A stretch of DNA of 64,000 bases from Octopus sinensis (taxonomy: Eukaryota): assembly GCF_006345805.1 (NCBI RefSeq), contig NC_043004.1, positions 106,888,001 through 106,952,000 of the forward strand, in the 5' to 3' direction. How positions within the stretch are numbered: the first letter of the stretch is position 1; every line of letters begins with the position of its first letter. The translations under genes were made by a program, and so were the position numbers. Shown here in pieces: positions 34,880 through 49,344 of this stretch. Below the pieces are notes generated by a model. The model saw nothing but the letters and a program-made list of their open reading frames with translations. It searched no databases and was not told the origin of the DNA.

Positions 34880-35900
34880 GGAGGATAGTCAAAGCAATTA
34901 AGCAATTAAGAATATGAAGGCAGGGAAAGACCATGGTCCATTTGAAATAACTTCTGAGATGTTTGAAATATTCGGCAGGGTGTGACTTATTAATTCCTTT
35001 AGTTAATCAGGTTGAACAGGCAACGGTCATATATTTAAAAACTGGTGTAGCAGCATTATAGACAAAGAGAAAACCTTAAATAGAAGTAATTAGAGAGGTA
35101 ATTACAGAGGTAATTAGAGAGGTATTAAATTGCTGGGTTAGGTCATGAAAGTTATGGAAAGAGTTACAGCCCAAAATAATTGAGAAGAGAATTAATCAAG
35201 ATGGGATTCAGTTTGGCTTTGTAACACTTTGTTACTTGGGAGACAACTACAGGAGAAGCTTTTAGCTAAAAGCAAGCTATTTTACAAGGCTTTCATTAAC
35301 CTGGTGAAAGTTCACTCTTTCTGGGATCTTGTGATCTCTGAAGAAGCTAGGGGCAGACCCATACAAATTCTCACTTAACAGTCAGTAAAGTGAGAGTCAG
35401 TAATGAGTATGACAATGAACTTAGTGCAAAAGCAGGAGTTCACCAGGACAGGATTCTCAGCCCCACCACATTTATCATAGTACTCCCAGCCATAACAAAG
35501 GAGTTTTTAAGACGAGTTGCCTTAGTAACTTACTATATTCTGATAACCTTGTTCTTATTGCAGAATCTGTAGAAGAACTAGAAAAGAATCTAGAGGTGTA
35601 GAAGCAAAGGGTCTTAATGTTAACTTAGCAGAAATCAAAGTTTTGGTAAGCAGGAAAACAGCCAGGGCAGACAAAAATTCCATAGGGTGCACCCTGTGCA
35701 AGTTATGGACATGAATGGTACAGTGAAATCATTGGGAAGGTTAATGGAAAAAATAAATTTTGTATGTAGCAAATATTCCAGTTTAATAAACACTATGTAA
35801 ACATGGGAAATAGATTCTCTCAAATGCCAAGAAGGTTCCTTAAAGTTAACTGATCTCAAGATGTTGAATCTTACTTTGGAGATGACAATGGACAAGATAA
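34880..35900 (+). mobile_element. Heavily decayed RTE reverse transcriptase fragment
   Basis: Remnants such as KNMKAGKDHGPFEITSEM, RGIKLLG, AGVHQD.ILSP; many stops and frameshifts. Confidence 0.7.
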
Positions 35901-36439
35901 TTGTCATTTCACTATGCTCAATAAGACCTGCCCATCATGGTGAAATTGAGCTCCTAGAAGCATTATGTTTAGTCTATACACTCACCAAGCTCAGTCCCTA
36001 CTGTTGCACCTGTCCCATCAAGCTTTCCTCACCTTTCATCTTCCTAACATCTATCCCTCCATCAACCTTATCACAATGAGACTCTCAGCTGCTGCAATGA
36101 TTTGACAGCAGAATCTGTACATAATTCTTTCCCTTGAGCTATTAGTTACTTCCCACTCTCTCTGGAATCACTTCTTTTAACATCCATCCTTTATTCTCAA
36201 TATCATCCTTTCCTACTCACTTTTCTCCTGTCTACCCTTTTCTTTTCCTCAGGTATCTCTCCCTCCTCTCTGAGCTGCATCCCAGAGCTGCAACACCTCA
36301 TCTTTAATACCCTGTCATATCTGCTATCACTCAAGGCCCTTTCATGTCTGCAATCAACAGCCCCACAACTTTTGGTGAACCTGTGGTGCTATTTGAGACC
36401 AAAAATCTGAATTACTATCACCTGAACATTTCAGGGTAG

Positions 36440-36941
36440 TGTATTCAGTGCTAAAAAGAAAACCACCAGGAAGACTTCAGAGCATTTGAAATCCAGAAAA
36501 TGCCCAGGATCTGAGACAATCTGTTCTACCATTTATCAAATGCTTACCATAAACCCGCTTCTCCTTTGGGATTGCCTGAATGAACTGTCGGGAGAATTTT
36601 ATATACTGATTGCAAATTCCATCCACACAAAATGATGGTTGTTCAGGAAGTTTATGAATGTGATTGAGAAAACTGCATAGCATGCTGTGATGTTATCCTT
36701 TTCAATGTTCCTGCAGATGCTGTTCTTTTCACAAGTGACAAAGCCTACTTTCACACATCTGGCAAAATTTTTACTACTGGGCAGAAAATATTCGTAATCA
36801 TCATCACCACCACCACCACCACCACCGTCGTCGTCGTCGTCGTCGTCTTCGTCGTCGTCGTCGTCTTCGTCGTCGTCGTCGTCTTCGTCGTCGTCGTCGT
36901 CGTCGTCGTCTTCGTCGTCGTCGTCGTCTTCGTCGTCATCG

Positions 36942-36982
<41 letters not shown>

Positions 36983-37540
36983 GTCATCATCGTCATCATC
37001 ATCATTTAATGCTTGCCTTCCATGCTAGCATGGGTGAGACACAGCTTCATGAAAAACCTTTAACAGCAAACAGTTTACTGTGCTGTGTGCTACTCCAGAT
37101 TTTGGTATTTGTGGCCCATATTTTCTTTTTCTGTTTTTTTGAGAAGAGAAGCCAAGTGGTTGTAGTAACATCAAATTGGAATGGAGCTGCTATGAAACTT
37201 TCTGAAACCAAAACTCACAGAACTTGGAAATTCAAATATATGGTTTGAAACAGGATGGAACTACCACTTACATAAGATCAATGGAAATTTTGGAAGAACT
37301 GTTTCTAGGACACTTGATGACCCTACATAGGGATTCTGAATGGCCTGCAAATTCACCTAATCTCAATCTTCATAATTATTTTCTCCAGACTTACCAGAAA
37401 CTTGATGCCTACAAACCTTGATCAACAACTATTGGCAAATTGAAGGCTGGTAAAGGCCAAACAGTTGCAGGAATATCACCAGAAATGACTTACTGAGTGA
37501 TGGAAATTACCATTTGGAGGATATTATTTCCAAAACCAAA
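36440..37540 (+). pseudogene. Fossil Tc1/mariner transposase split by a CAT/CGT microsatellite
   Basis: LFTSDKAYFHTSG, KQDGTT, WPANSPNLNLHNYFL resemble the F.SDE, QQDGA and WP..SPDL motifs; approximate ends. Confidence 0.6.
36795..36995. repeat. Compound (CAC)n(CGT/CTT)n(CAT)n microsatellite
   Basis: Direct observation; adjoins an RTE-type 3' end at ~36995-37030. Confidence 0.9.
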
Positions 37541-37855
37541 TTAAACAAACCGTATTTCTTCATGTTAACATTATAAAAATATTTTTCGAATAACATTTAT
37601 TTTAGCCCTTTTGTCAACCTTCCATATTTTGCAGGTAAACAAAAAGTCTGGACACGTTAAAAGCATCCAGTACACTTTGTAAACTGCTTGGTATGAAGAA
37701 GGGAATCCTGCTGTATATATATATATATGCTAAAGCAGACAATAGAGCTTGGTACAGTCCTCTGGTTTGCCAGCTCCGGCCAAACTGTCCAGCCAATGCC
37801 AATGTGGAAAACATGTTCAACGATGGTCTCTCTCTCTCTCACACACACACACGCA

Positions 37856-37890
<35 letters not shown>

Positions 37891-38086
37891 GATACAGGAG
37901 TGGCTGTGTGGTAAGTAGCTTGCTTACCAGCCACAGGGTTCTGGGTTCAGTCCCACTGCATGGCACCTTGGTCAAGTGTCTTCTGCTATAGCCTCAGGCT
38001 GACCAAGCCTTGTGAGTGGATTTGGTAGATGGAAACTGAAAGCAGCCCATCGCATGTGTGTACGTGTGTGTGTATACATGTGTATA

Positions 38087-38127
<41 letters not shown>

Positions 38128-38842
38128 TTTGCATGTGTGTATATATATTTACAATGCTGGATACTCAGGAGGTGACTTTTAACATGATTATATAATGTTT
38201 CAATAACAATTATGTAATCCTGACAGTAAGTTGCTGAAATGCTTATAAATTATATAAAGCATAAAATGCCTTGTTTTCTATATTTTATTGACTAAATATG
38301 TTTATATATATATATATATATGTATATATGCGTGCATGTATGTATGTATGTATGTATGTCTATATATAATCATCATCGTCAACATTCAACAACCATTTTC
38401 CATGCTGGTATAGGTCGGACAGTTTGAGAGGAGCTAGGGAAATCCTGAAAGCTTCTAATGGACTGTTTTGCCATAGTTTTTTGCTGCTGAATACCTTTCC
38501 TAATGCCATATCCTTCACCCTAATTATACAAGTCATCTAGATAACAACAAAATAAAGGTAGTGTATCTTCAATGAAACAAGTCTGTCAGAAGCTTTCACG
38601 TTAATCTTTTGTTTACTTTAGAGAATATTCAGATGCTTTTACATCATCTGTAATCTGACATTTAAAGGCTTTCATATAAGTTATACAAGTTATACATTAT
38701 ACATACTTCTAGCATTAAATACATAAATATTTATATTCACATAATTTTATATGACATGATCACATATAATATTTATATATCAATGTATATTGAAGTAAAT
38801 AAGGAAATAGATTAATTATCAAGTGATATTTCATAATAATAC

Positions 38843-38991
38843 CTTAATATTTTCATGGCATTTACATGGTGTAAAGACAAGGACATTACAGGTTAACTGT
38901 CCTCCTGCCGGAACTGCTTCTATTCCAATAAAATTTGCAGATGCCTCAGTAGTGTACTCATATATATATTTTGAATTCGGCTTAAACCAAC
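38843..38991 (-). CDS. LLTP exon 3
   Basis: 149 nt, AG/GT; (S)WFKPNSKYIYEYTTEASANFIGIEAVPAGGQLTCNVLVFTPCKCHENIK; F-x5-Y-x-Y-x-Y start of the Vitellogenin_N beta-barrel. Confidence 0.9.
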
Positions 38992-39728
38992 CTAGAATTA
39001 AAAAAGAAAAATAAAGATGGTGTTAAGAGCAACAACCACAACATTAGCAAAAACAACAACAACAATAATCCTTTGTAATAAAGGCACAAGGCCTGAAATT
39101 CGGGGGAGGGGACAAATCGATTACATTGACCCCAGTATGCAACTGGTACTTGATTTATCAACTCCAAAAGGATGAAAGCCAAAGTCAACCTCAGCAGATT
39201 TGAACTCAGAATGTAGTGAAGGGTGAAATACTGCTAAGCATTTTGTTCAGCATTCTAGCAATTCTGCCAGCTCCTTGCCTTAATAATAATGATGATGACA
39301 ATAATAATAAAAATGATAAATGCTTGACCTTAACCAGTTGAGCATGTCCCTTAGTGGCTGACGATATGTGCATCTCTGATCACAAGCAGAAGTAGTGGGG
39401 GAGCATCATAGCCATATGTTGAGAGGAATTCTTTGGGGTTTGAATAATTCGCCTTTGGAAACATGTGTGCTTGTTCATCATCCTTAAACAATCCTTATTC
39501 AGGGACCTTTTGAGCAGGATGGGCTACTCAACCAGAAGAAAATTCTAACTGGGCCCCACCTGCAAGGTCATGTGCTGTTTATCTTGTTATGAGATCACCA
39601 TGTCACGCACTTATGGTTGTGATGCATGTGCCTAGTGTACCCTTATCAGATGAGTAGTCATGATGGGTATACTGGGCTTCATATATTTTACCCCAGTGTC
39701 ACTTTGATGGCATGCAAAGCTCTCTCAC

Positions 39729-39795
<67 letters not shown>

Positions 39796-39797
<2 letters not shown>

Positions 39798-42565
39798 CAG
39801 CAAACAATCAGCAAACAATCAACGCTACTGAGCAACAAAAAGAGAACGAAAATACTCCGCAAATATAACATCACAGAGAAAGATTTGCCTGAAATAAAAG
39901 AAAAGCTGAAGCAAGATATCCTTGCCAAAGCACAAAGGATCCGCTGGTACAAGAAACGCCAACGCTTCTTTGAAGAAAACAAAAAGTTCAACTCCAACCC
40001 CAAAAAGTTCTACCAAGAACTGGGCAAAAATAAAATAGAAGTCACTGCAGCACCAACGGCAGAAGAATTGGAAGAATTCTGGAGAGAAATATGGTCGGCG
40101 AACGAACCACCAAAAAAAAAGGAGTATCAAAATAACAAATTCGGCATCTGAACAACTTTGGACCCCCATAACAACTGAAGAGGTCACCCAGGCACTGCAA
40201 AGACTAAGCAACTGGAAGGCACCTGGGCATGACAAGATCCCCAACTTCTGGTTGAAATATCTAACAGGAATGCACAAAAAGCTGGCTGAAAACTTTAACA
40301 ACGTACTAGCAGAGCCAGAGACAATGCCTGAATGGCTCACGAAGGGGAAAACCATCTTAATTCCCAAATCAAATGAAACAGAAAAACCAGAAAACTACAG
40401 ACCAATAACCTGCCTCCCTACTATGTTCAAGGCATTTACTGCAGTGATATCACAAAGGCTGAACAAGCACCTGGACGAAAACAGACTGTTCCCAGAAGAG
40501 CAGAAAGGATGCCGCAAAGGCTCATATGGCTGTAAAGATCAACTAATGATTAATAAAGCCATAACTGAAGACAGCCACAGAAAGAAGAAAAGCCTCAGTA
40601 TGGCCTGGATTGACTACAAAAAGGCGTTTGATAGCATCCCCCACACATGGATCCTCGAAACACTAGCTATTAACAAAGTAGCACCAACAATCATAAAATT
40701 CATAGAGCACTCTATGAATAAATGGCAAACAGTCCTACACCTCCAAACAAAAGAGGGACTCATGAAAACCAAAGACATCCCCATTAGAAGAGGAATATTC
40801 CAGGGAGACACGCTCTCTCCACTCCTTTTCTGCTTGGCACTGTCACCTCTATCTGATATGCTAAATAGAACTGGATGCGGATATAAATGTTACGGCAAAA
40901 CGATCAGCCACCTTTTATATATGGATGACCTAAAACTATACGCTGCAAATGACAAACAGCTGGAAACACTATTAAAGACAGTTCATGGATTTACCAAAGA
41001 AATAGATATGAAATTTGGATTAGAAAAATGCGCCAAAGTAACCATGAAAAGAGGAAAACTAGTTAAGAGTAACAACATCACACTAGATAAAACCAATGAA
41101 ATAAAAGAATTAGACCAAAGCCAAACTTACAAATACTTAGGAATCCATGAACTAGATAAGACACAACACACACAAATGAAAGAGAAAATAAAAAAAGAAT
41201 ATTATAGACGAGTTAGATCAATACTAAACACAGAGCTCAATGCTAAAAACAAGATAATAGGTATCAACACTTTAGCTGTCCCAGTTATAAGTTACAGCTA
41301 CAATATCCTTAACTGGACACGAAATGAACTAACCAAAATAGATAGGAAAACAAGAAAAATAATGACAGGATCTAGGATGCATCACCCAAAATCTGACATA
41401 GAAAGACTATATATACAACGTATAGAAGGTGGTAGAAGCCTTATACAGCTGGAAAACTACTATAAAATAACCACCATAGGACTGCAAAAATATCTACTTC
41501 AGAAGGAAGGAAAACTGATCCAGATAGCGGCAAAACACGAGCAAAACAAAAAACTGTTCTCAGTATTTAAGGAAGCTGACAAATACAAACAAGAAATCAT
41601 ACCACCTAATAAATATGAAGAAGAAGAAGATGAAGAAACAACAAAAGCTATAAAACAAATGAAATCCAAACTAAAAATAGAACAGCAACGAACCATGATA
41701 AAACGATGGCAAGAAAAGCCCCTTCATGGTAAATACTGGACTAAACTAAACGCAAAAGAAATAGACAAAGAAAAATCCCAGCAATGGTTGAGAAGCTCAG
41801 GACTCAAAGTAGAAACAGAGGGATTTAATTGCAGCACAAGACCAAAGCCTCCCCACCAGAAATTACCAAAAACATGTAATAAAAAGAAATATAACAAGTA
41901 ACTGCAGAATATGTGGAGATGGACAAGAAACAATAAATCATATCTCTAGCTGCCCAGTCCTGGCTAAGAAGGAATATATTCACAGACATGACAGAGCTGG
42001 AACCTACATACATTGGAAGCTATGCCAACATTATGGAATAACAACAGAAAAAAGATGGTATAGGCACACACCAGAAAAGGTCACAGAAAACGAGAAAGCA
42101 ACCATACTCTGGGATATGCCGATACACACAGACAGAGAAATTAAGGCCAACAGACCAGATATAGTTGTCAGAGACCATGAAGAAAAAAAATGCTTTCTAA
42201 TTGATGTATCAATACCGGCTAATGACAACGTGTCTCTAAAAGAAATGGAGAAACTCTCAAAATACAAAGACCTGGAAATAGAGGTAACTAGAATGTGGAA
42301 TCTGAAAACAGAAACAATTCCTATCATAGTAGGTGCATTAGGCATGATAAAAAATATTCAGACAAATACATAACAAAAACACCAGGACTTACAAACACAT
42401 ATAACATACAGAAAATTGCACTACTAGGCACTGCACACATCCTACGCAGAACACTTTCCATACAATAACCATCAGAGCATCACAACAAATCACAGCACAT
42501 ACCCAAGGCACACAGAGCTGCGCTCGGTAGTGAAGTGAAAGCACGCTATAAAAATAAAACTACTG
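39796..42565 (+). mobile_element. 5'-truncated Dong/R4-clade non-LTR retrotransposon (RT + CCHC + REL endonuclease) inside a (TAA)n array
   Basis: YRPITCL, IDYKKAFDSI, GIFQGDTLSPLLF, LYMDD, YKYLG; CRIC..ETINHIISSC, HRHD, RPDIV...IDVSIP; frameshifts near 40150 and 41830; (AAT)n on both flanks. Confidence 0.92.
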
Positions 42566-44243
42566 AATAATAATAATAATAATAATGGTTTCAGATTTTG
42601 GCACATGGCCAGCAGTTTTGGGAGAGGGGCTAAATCGATTACATTGACCCCATTCCTGAACTGGTACTTATTGATCCCAGAAGGATTAAAGGCAAAGTTG
42701 ATCCTGGTAGAATTTGAACTCAGATTGTAAAGGTGAACAAAAAGTCATTTTCTCCAGTGTTCTAACAATTCTATCAGCTCACCATCTTTACAATAATAAT
42801 AATAATAATAAATGTTTGTTGGTTAAGACTGCAGCCATGCTGAAGCATTGCCTAGAAGGGTCTAGCTGAACAAATTGACCCCTGTGCTTATTTTATTTAT
42901 TCATCTATCTAATTTTTTAAAGCATAGTTCTTATTCTATCACTGTCTTTTACCAAGCTGCTAAGTTATGAGGATGTAAACAAACCAAGCCCAACTGTCAA
43001 GTGGAAAGAGTGACAAACGCAAACACCAAGACATATATACTCTCATATATATAAATTGAACTGAATCACAAATCACATGGTTGTAAAGAGAGCTTCTTAA
43101 CCACACAATGATGCCTAAGCCAATAGAATTTATTTAAGGTCTGGTCACACGTAAAATGCACCATTTCAGTATGGTTGATGCCAATGACGCCTGACTGATT
43201 CCCATGTCGGTGGCACATAAAAAGCACCATCCAAGTATGGTCAATGCTAGTGCTGTCTGACTGGCTCCCGTGCTGGTGGTATGGTCGTTGCCAGTCCCAC
43301 CTGACTGGCTCCTGTGCCAGTGACATGTAAAGAGCACCATTCGAGCGTGGTTGTTGCCAGTGCCACCTGACTGGCACCCGTTCCGGTGGCACTTAAAAAG
43401 CACCCACTACATTCTGAGAGTGGTTGGCACTAAGAAGGGCATCCAACTGTAGAAACCTTGCCAGAACAGATTGGAGGCTGATACAACCTCCTGGCTTGCC
43501 ACTCCTCAGACAAACCGTCCAACCCATGCCAGTATGGAAAGCGGACGTACGATGATGATGATGATGATGATGATGATGATCAGCACACAATTTAAAAGTT
43601 ATTTTGTAAGCATATAATAACATTCGATTATATTGAAAATCGTTTCATACAAAACTTTTGAAAGTTTTACTCAATCTCACTGGACAGAATTGAAAATTCT
43701 ATTAAGTACTTCGCAAAAACACACAACACTCACATTTTAAAAATACGAAATACTGATTAGAATACCAAGACCACAACTGCTAAGTTAATATCTACAGTGA
43801 AATTTCAGTGTCACAATCTAAAAATGGTATGAGAGTAAACAGAATGAAATAAAAACTAAACAAAATCATTGGTCAAACCAAAAGAACAAACAGAATACCA
43901 TTCATATGCGTTTGCTTTTCTTTCCCACATTTTTTTCCCTTTCTTTCCTACTTTTCATTTTAGGTCATTCTACTTTATTTTGTATCTTTTATCTCTTACT
44001 TGTTTCAATCATTGGACTGCAGCCATTCTAGGGACATCACCTTGAAGGGTTTTAGTCTTTTTAATTCAAAGATTTCTGTTCACCGCCAATGATTTTGATT
44101 TGGCCTTATCCTTTCCCTTAAAGTTGTGAAAATGGTAATGAAATCTAGATTTCAAATTTATTGCAGTAGCACCTATTACACTCCTCAGTAACTATGTATT
44201 ACTTAACATAAATAAATATATATATATATATAAATATTATATA

Positions 44244-44638
44244 GAGGGTACTATAATTCATAGGTACTGCATGCTAGGAAGGACTTTTGCAGTCAAAACT
44301 ACTAAAATAAACAAGTTGGTACCGAAATGCATTGCGAATAAGCCCGCCATTTTCATAGATATGTAAAGATAAACACTCGTACATACTGCGGCGAATTCTA
44401 CGGTTGGCTGTCGGGTTTGTAATGTTGTGTTTTTTCTTATATGTCTTGAGTTCGTTGCACTGAAGAGCATAGAATGCATATTCTGCATTGATTGCGAAAT
44501 CACAGGTGATATGTAACTAAATTCTGTTTCTAAATGACTTGCTTTGAAGTTTTGCATTCGGTACAATTTGTTTATTTTAGTAGTTTTGACTGCAAAAGTC
44601 CCTCCTAGCGTGCGGTACCTATGAATAATAGTACCCTC
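44244..44638. mobile_element. Tc1/mariner-derived MITE with ~90-bp TIRs
   Basis: TA|GAGGGTACTATAATTCATAGGTAC...GTACCTATGAATAATAGTACCCTC|TA. Confidence 0.8.
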
Positions 44639-45116
44639 TATATAATATAAATAAATATTTTCAAAGTGGAAAAATTTACAGATTTTTTCTCTTACGAGGT
44701 TTTTCACACTAACTACTGATAATTTCTTATAAAGATTTTATCCTTAATTTTAAATTTATATATATATATATATACTCGGACATATATTTATATGTATGCA
44801 TGTGTGTGTGCGTGTGTGTGTTAAATTTTATCATTTAATTCTGTTTGTTATAAAAATTATCTTTTCTCATAGACTCGTATTTTCGCCAAAATATTTGGCA
44901 GAACAAATTTGCCAGAAGAAATGAAATGAATAACTAACAATATGAATTTATGGAATGTTATCTAATATTTTATGTAATATTCTCGTATTTGGAATAAACC
45001 ACGCTGTTGAAACTCGTGTTGTGATGGTTTGAGCTAGCCATTTGTTCTTATTTGCTACACACATGCACATGCTCGCACGCACATACACACATGCATATAT
45101 ACACACACATATGCAT

Positions 45117-45148
<32 letters not shown>

Positions 45149-45581
45149 AATGCCTTGTGAGTGGATTTGGTAGACGGACACTGATAGAAGCCTGTCGTAT
45201 ATATGTATATATATATATGTATGTGTGTGTTTGTGTGTCTGTGTTTGTCCCCCTAGCATTGCTTGACAACCGATGCTGGTGTGTTTACGTCCCCGTCACT
45301 TAGCGGTTCGGCAAAAGAGACTGATAGAATAAGTACTGGGCTTACAAAGAATAAGTCCGGGGTCGATTTTGCTCGACTAAAAGCGGTGCTCCAGCATGGC
45401 CGCAGTCAAATGACTGAAACAAGTAAAAGAGAAAAGAGTAAAGAGTATATATATATGTTGTTGTTGTATTTAGGAATGGTCATTTTGCCAGTTTAGCCAA
45501 TAAAAACACACGCACTATATATTTGGTGTTAATTTGCTTCAGCGTTATTTATTTTTTACATTAATCTTAATCTTATTTCGG

Positions 45582-45621
45582 CCACAGTTCTTTCGTCACA
45601 CTTCTGTGACCTCATCAGTGG
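45582..45621 (-). ncRNA. Minimal type I hammerhead-like motif (G at position 17, probably inactive)
   Basis: CCA-CTGATGA-G-GTCAC-AGAAGT-GTGAC-GAAA-GAAC-T-G-TGG. Confidence 0.5.
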
Positions 45622-45849
45622 TTCTTTGCTTTCTTCTTTCTTATTTGTGTGTCTCTCCTTACTAACGGTCAATGGCTGATCGTTAGTAAGGAGAGACATT
45701 TATATATATGTAAAATATGCTTGATTCATTTTATTTGTATCACAATGGAAAAGTAATGTGAATTAAAAGATAAAAAGATATGCCTATAAGAACAAGTGTA
45801 AAAGAAACCGCATCAACCGCATCTTCTCCATTTTGTTTTATTGACTTTT

Positions 45850-45908
<59 letters not shown>

Positions 45909-46249
45909 AACATAAAAGACTTTCTCACCTTCCCAAGAATCAAACTAACTATGACTTAACTTTCCTCTTACACAGTCTCCAAGGAAGGGATATTATTAAT
46001 AAATATCCTAGAAACAGCTGTAAGACCTTCTATCAATAAATGCTCTAATATCTATACAGCCTTGGTTTTTTATATCTTATTACGCAAAAAATTCTTATAT
46101 ACACACGCTGACATAGAACCAACGTTGAACACTTTATTCGCAATATTACCGAATCTGGAACTTAACTATGGTCTGTCTATAGCACTTATTCAGCATTACC
46201 TGACACCTTTGGGTCTCAATGATACCATTATCTCCAATATATATATATA

Positions 46250-47474
46250 TTGGGTCATCCCATAAATAATGCAGTTTTTTCAATACTTCCTTTATTTTTC
46301 AGAATAAAGATAAACAAAGTTCTTTTTGAATCTAAAATATACTCTTTTTCATTATCTACAATGCTCTTCCATCTATCTGGTTGACTTGCAAGGCTCCGCT
46401 TTCAAAATTTGCTTATCTGTGATGAAAAATACTTCTTCAGTACTGTTCTGACCTCGTCTACAGAATTCATATATTTTCCCGTCCAAATGACTTTGAAGAC
46501 TGCGGAATAAATGACAATCAGACGGGGCAACGTCCGGTGAATATGGTGAGTGACGCATCATTTCCCATTTAACTGCTCCTGCTCTTGGAATGTCATTTTT
46601 GCTGTATGTGATCGATAATTATCTTGATGAAAGAACATCTTTCGTCTTCAAACCAAACATGGTCGTTTTTCTAGCGCTCGCAGTAGATCTCCTTTGCTAT
46701 CGTTTAGTTTGGATTTACAAAATTCAAAGTATACTAAACCTTTCATATCCTATCAAACAGATAACAACACCTTACGTGGGTGAAAACCTTCTTTAGCCTG
46801 GAGTGCCGGTGTTTTTCCTTTCCCTATCATCTGTGTTCGGCGTTTCGCATTATTATAGGGAACCCATTTCTCGTCACCAATCACTATTCGATCCAAAAAA
46901 GGTTCATTCGTGAGACACGACAGCAAGAAGAGCACACATTCGCTCTTTGCGCGCGATTAGACTCGGAAAGTTTGTGAGGAACCCATTGACCTAATATGCT
47001 GACTTTTCCGACAGCACGCAGGTGTCGTTGAATGGCTGAATGACCAAATCCAAGTTTCTCTGCTAGTTCCTCAACAGTTACGATGGGATTTTGTTTCCCC
47101 AGGGTTTGCAGGACGTCCTTGTCGAGCTCTGCAGATCTTCCAGGACGAAGCTCATCTTCTTGGCTGCAGTTTCCGGCTCGGAATATCTGGAAATATCGTT
47201 GACACTGGCTTACGTTTATATTCCTTGCACTTTCCGTTGCCTTTATTGAACTCATAAAGCAAAATATGCCAAATATGCTCCTTTGTCATTTCCATCATTG
47301 CTTTGAAAAAATAACTGTTAAAATCGACTGCACTCTTCAAAACTTGCACTAAGAATAAAGTAAAATTACTACCTGCTTTTATAGCAAGTTGATGCAAGCA
47401 GTTTATGCCACCCCACTCCAACTTTTAGTTCATGAAATTGAAAAAAAAACGCATTATTTATGGAATGACCCTAA
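46250..47474 (-). mobile_element. Decayed full-length mariner transposon
   Basis: TA-flanked TIRs TTGGGTCATCCCATAAATAATGCAG / TTAGGGTCATTCCATAAATAATGCG; WVPHKLS, IVIGDEKW, HSPYSPDVAPSD motifs across frameshifts. Confidence 0.9.
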
Positions 47475-47476
47475 TA

Positions 47477-47544
<68 letters not shown>

Positions 47545-47666
47545 TGTATATTGTTTTGTTTTGTTGGATTTAGATGTTCCTATTTAAGTAGTTAATAAAT
47601 AATATGAATTGGTAATATCTGTAAGTCTATGATTGAAATGAATCTGTTCCTCCATTTTCTTATTTG

Positions 47667-48467
47667 TGTAAGCAATATGAACGCACGTGGTCGCATTGTG
47701 TAGGGAATACGATCGCACGTGGTTCTATTCTTAACGAATTATTACAAGCCATAAATACATGCAGTAACAACAGAACATAAGTGAATCGACGACAAGTCTT
47801 GCTGTGGAGAGATAAATATTATTTATTTTACAACCGTGTCAATGTTAGGAGTTCGTAAACGTTAACACGTGTGTGCACATGCAACACGTGTTTGTGTCTG
47901 TGTGTTCGTGTGTGTGACAGAACAATCAGAGTGAATGCGTTTGGCATAGAAGGGTACAGAACATAGAATATATAATGGAAATTGGTTTACTGTTCGTATG
48001 GCGAAGACGTTGGAAACGACTTGAAGTTGATACAAGACGGTGGAGACGGCGAAGATAGTAGGCTATCTGTGATTGTGTACATTAGCGTCGTAGCTAGTGG
48101 TAGCAGGAACAATCGTATATCGCTTGGTTGAGTAGCGCTGTGGCCTAAAGTTAGTTCTTAGAAGAACTGGAACCAAAGACAAAAAGTGTCTGAAAACACT
48201 CCTTTATATACCGGTTGGGTGGCTCAAACGAGCCTCAGAAATGGAATCTTAACCAAAGGCCGTGATTGGTTGTTTTGGGGACAGTGGAGCGAACATAAGT
48301 AGAGACAAATCGCGTCACGTGTCAACCAATCAGGTTAGTGTTTACAACAGGAACAAGTTGGCCAAAGATGGCTGTAACCTCAAACGAGATCATTTCTGCT
48401 TTGCCTAGTGAAGATATTAGAAATCGCTATAGTCATATTTCAAAATGGCTGAAACTGCCACGCTACA
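47667..48467 (-). mobile_element. Solo LTR family A, copy 1
   Basis: TGT...ACA termini, 4-bp TSD TTTG; minus-strand CCAAT, TATATAAA and AATAAA-like signals; orientation inferred from these. Confidence 0.8.
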
Positions 48468-48469
48468 TT

Positions 48470-48548
<79 letters not shown>

Positions 48549-49344
48549 GTTGTGAATAGTTCAGTTCACGGTACTTCTTGACCTACTTTTGCTTGGCTTA
48601 GAGACGGGAAGTCTGCAGTGTAAAGTTAAAGTCCTTTGTTTACTGGAAGAGTAATGGGTTTTTGGAGGGACCTTTGGCTTTGCCGGTCGATTGGCGGTCA
48701 GAGAGATGTGAAGTAGGAGAAAGATAGAGTAAGGAATCTGAGAGCAGATAGAGAGGATGACAGCAGCAGCGCGATAAAGATAGAGTAGGGAATCTGAGAG
48801 CAGATAGAGTGGGTATAAGCAGTAGAGACAGATGGAGATTAGGATAGTGGGAAGGAGAGAGCAAGTGAGGTTTTGAGGCAGTTGGTATTCGGTCGTCAAA
48901 GAGGACAGACGGATTTTGGAAGTCAGGGCAAGCAAGTTGGGATGCGAGAGCTTGGCAGGTTGGAGCTAGTAGCGACAGAAGGGTATATATATACAGAGGA
49001 ATGAGCGGTACAGAGAGAGATGAAGTGCAGGATGGGACACTGGCTATTCAATTAGGAATTAAGGTATTTGATTATGTATTGATACGTGTCACGATGTAAA
49101 GAGACAGTGAAAAGAAATGAGACAGTGAAATGAACAATGTGAATTGAGTCAAGGACTTGTCGATGTGTCGATTATCGAGTTGTGGTATTTATGTTCAGAA
49201 TTGTGTTGATATGTGTAGAAAAAGACTTTAAAGAACTGTGAATGTTATCTGCTGAGGTGATTTGGAAAAGAACTGTGTTTTCGGACGTGTACCTTTGAAA
49301 TGCTGATATATATGACTTGTTGTGTCGTTACCGGACTGTTATAT

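Noticed and set aside
48553-49050. Additional solo LTR (TGAATAG...CTATTCA)
   Set aside because: Terminal inverted match present but no TSD found; left uncalled.
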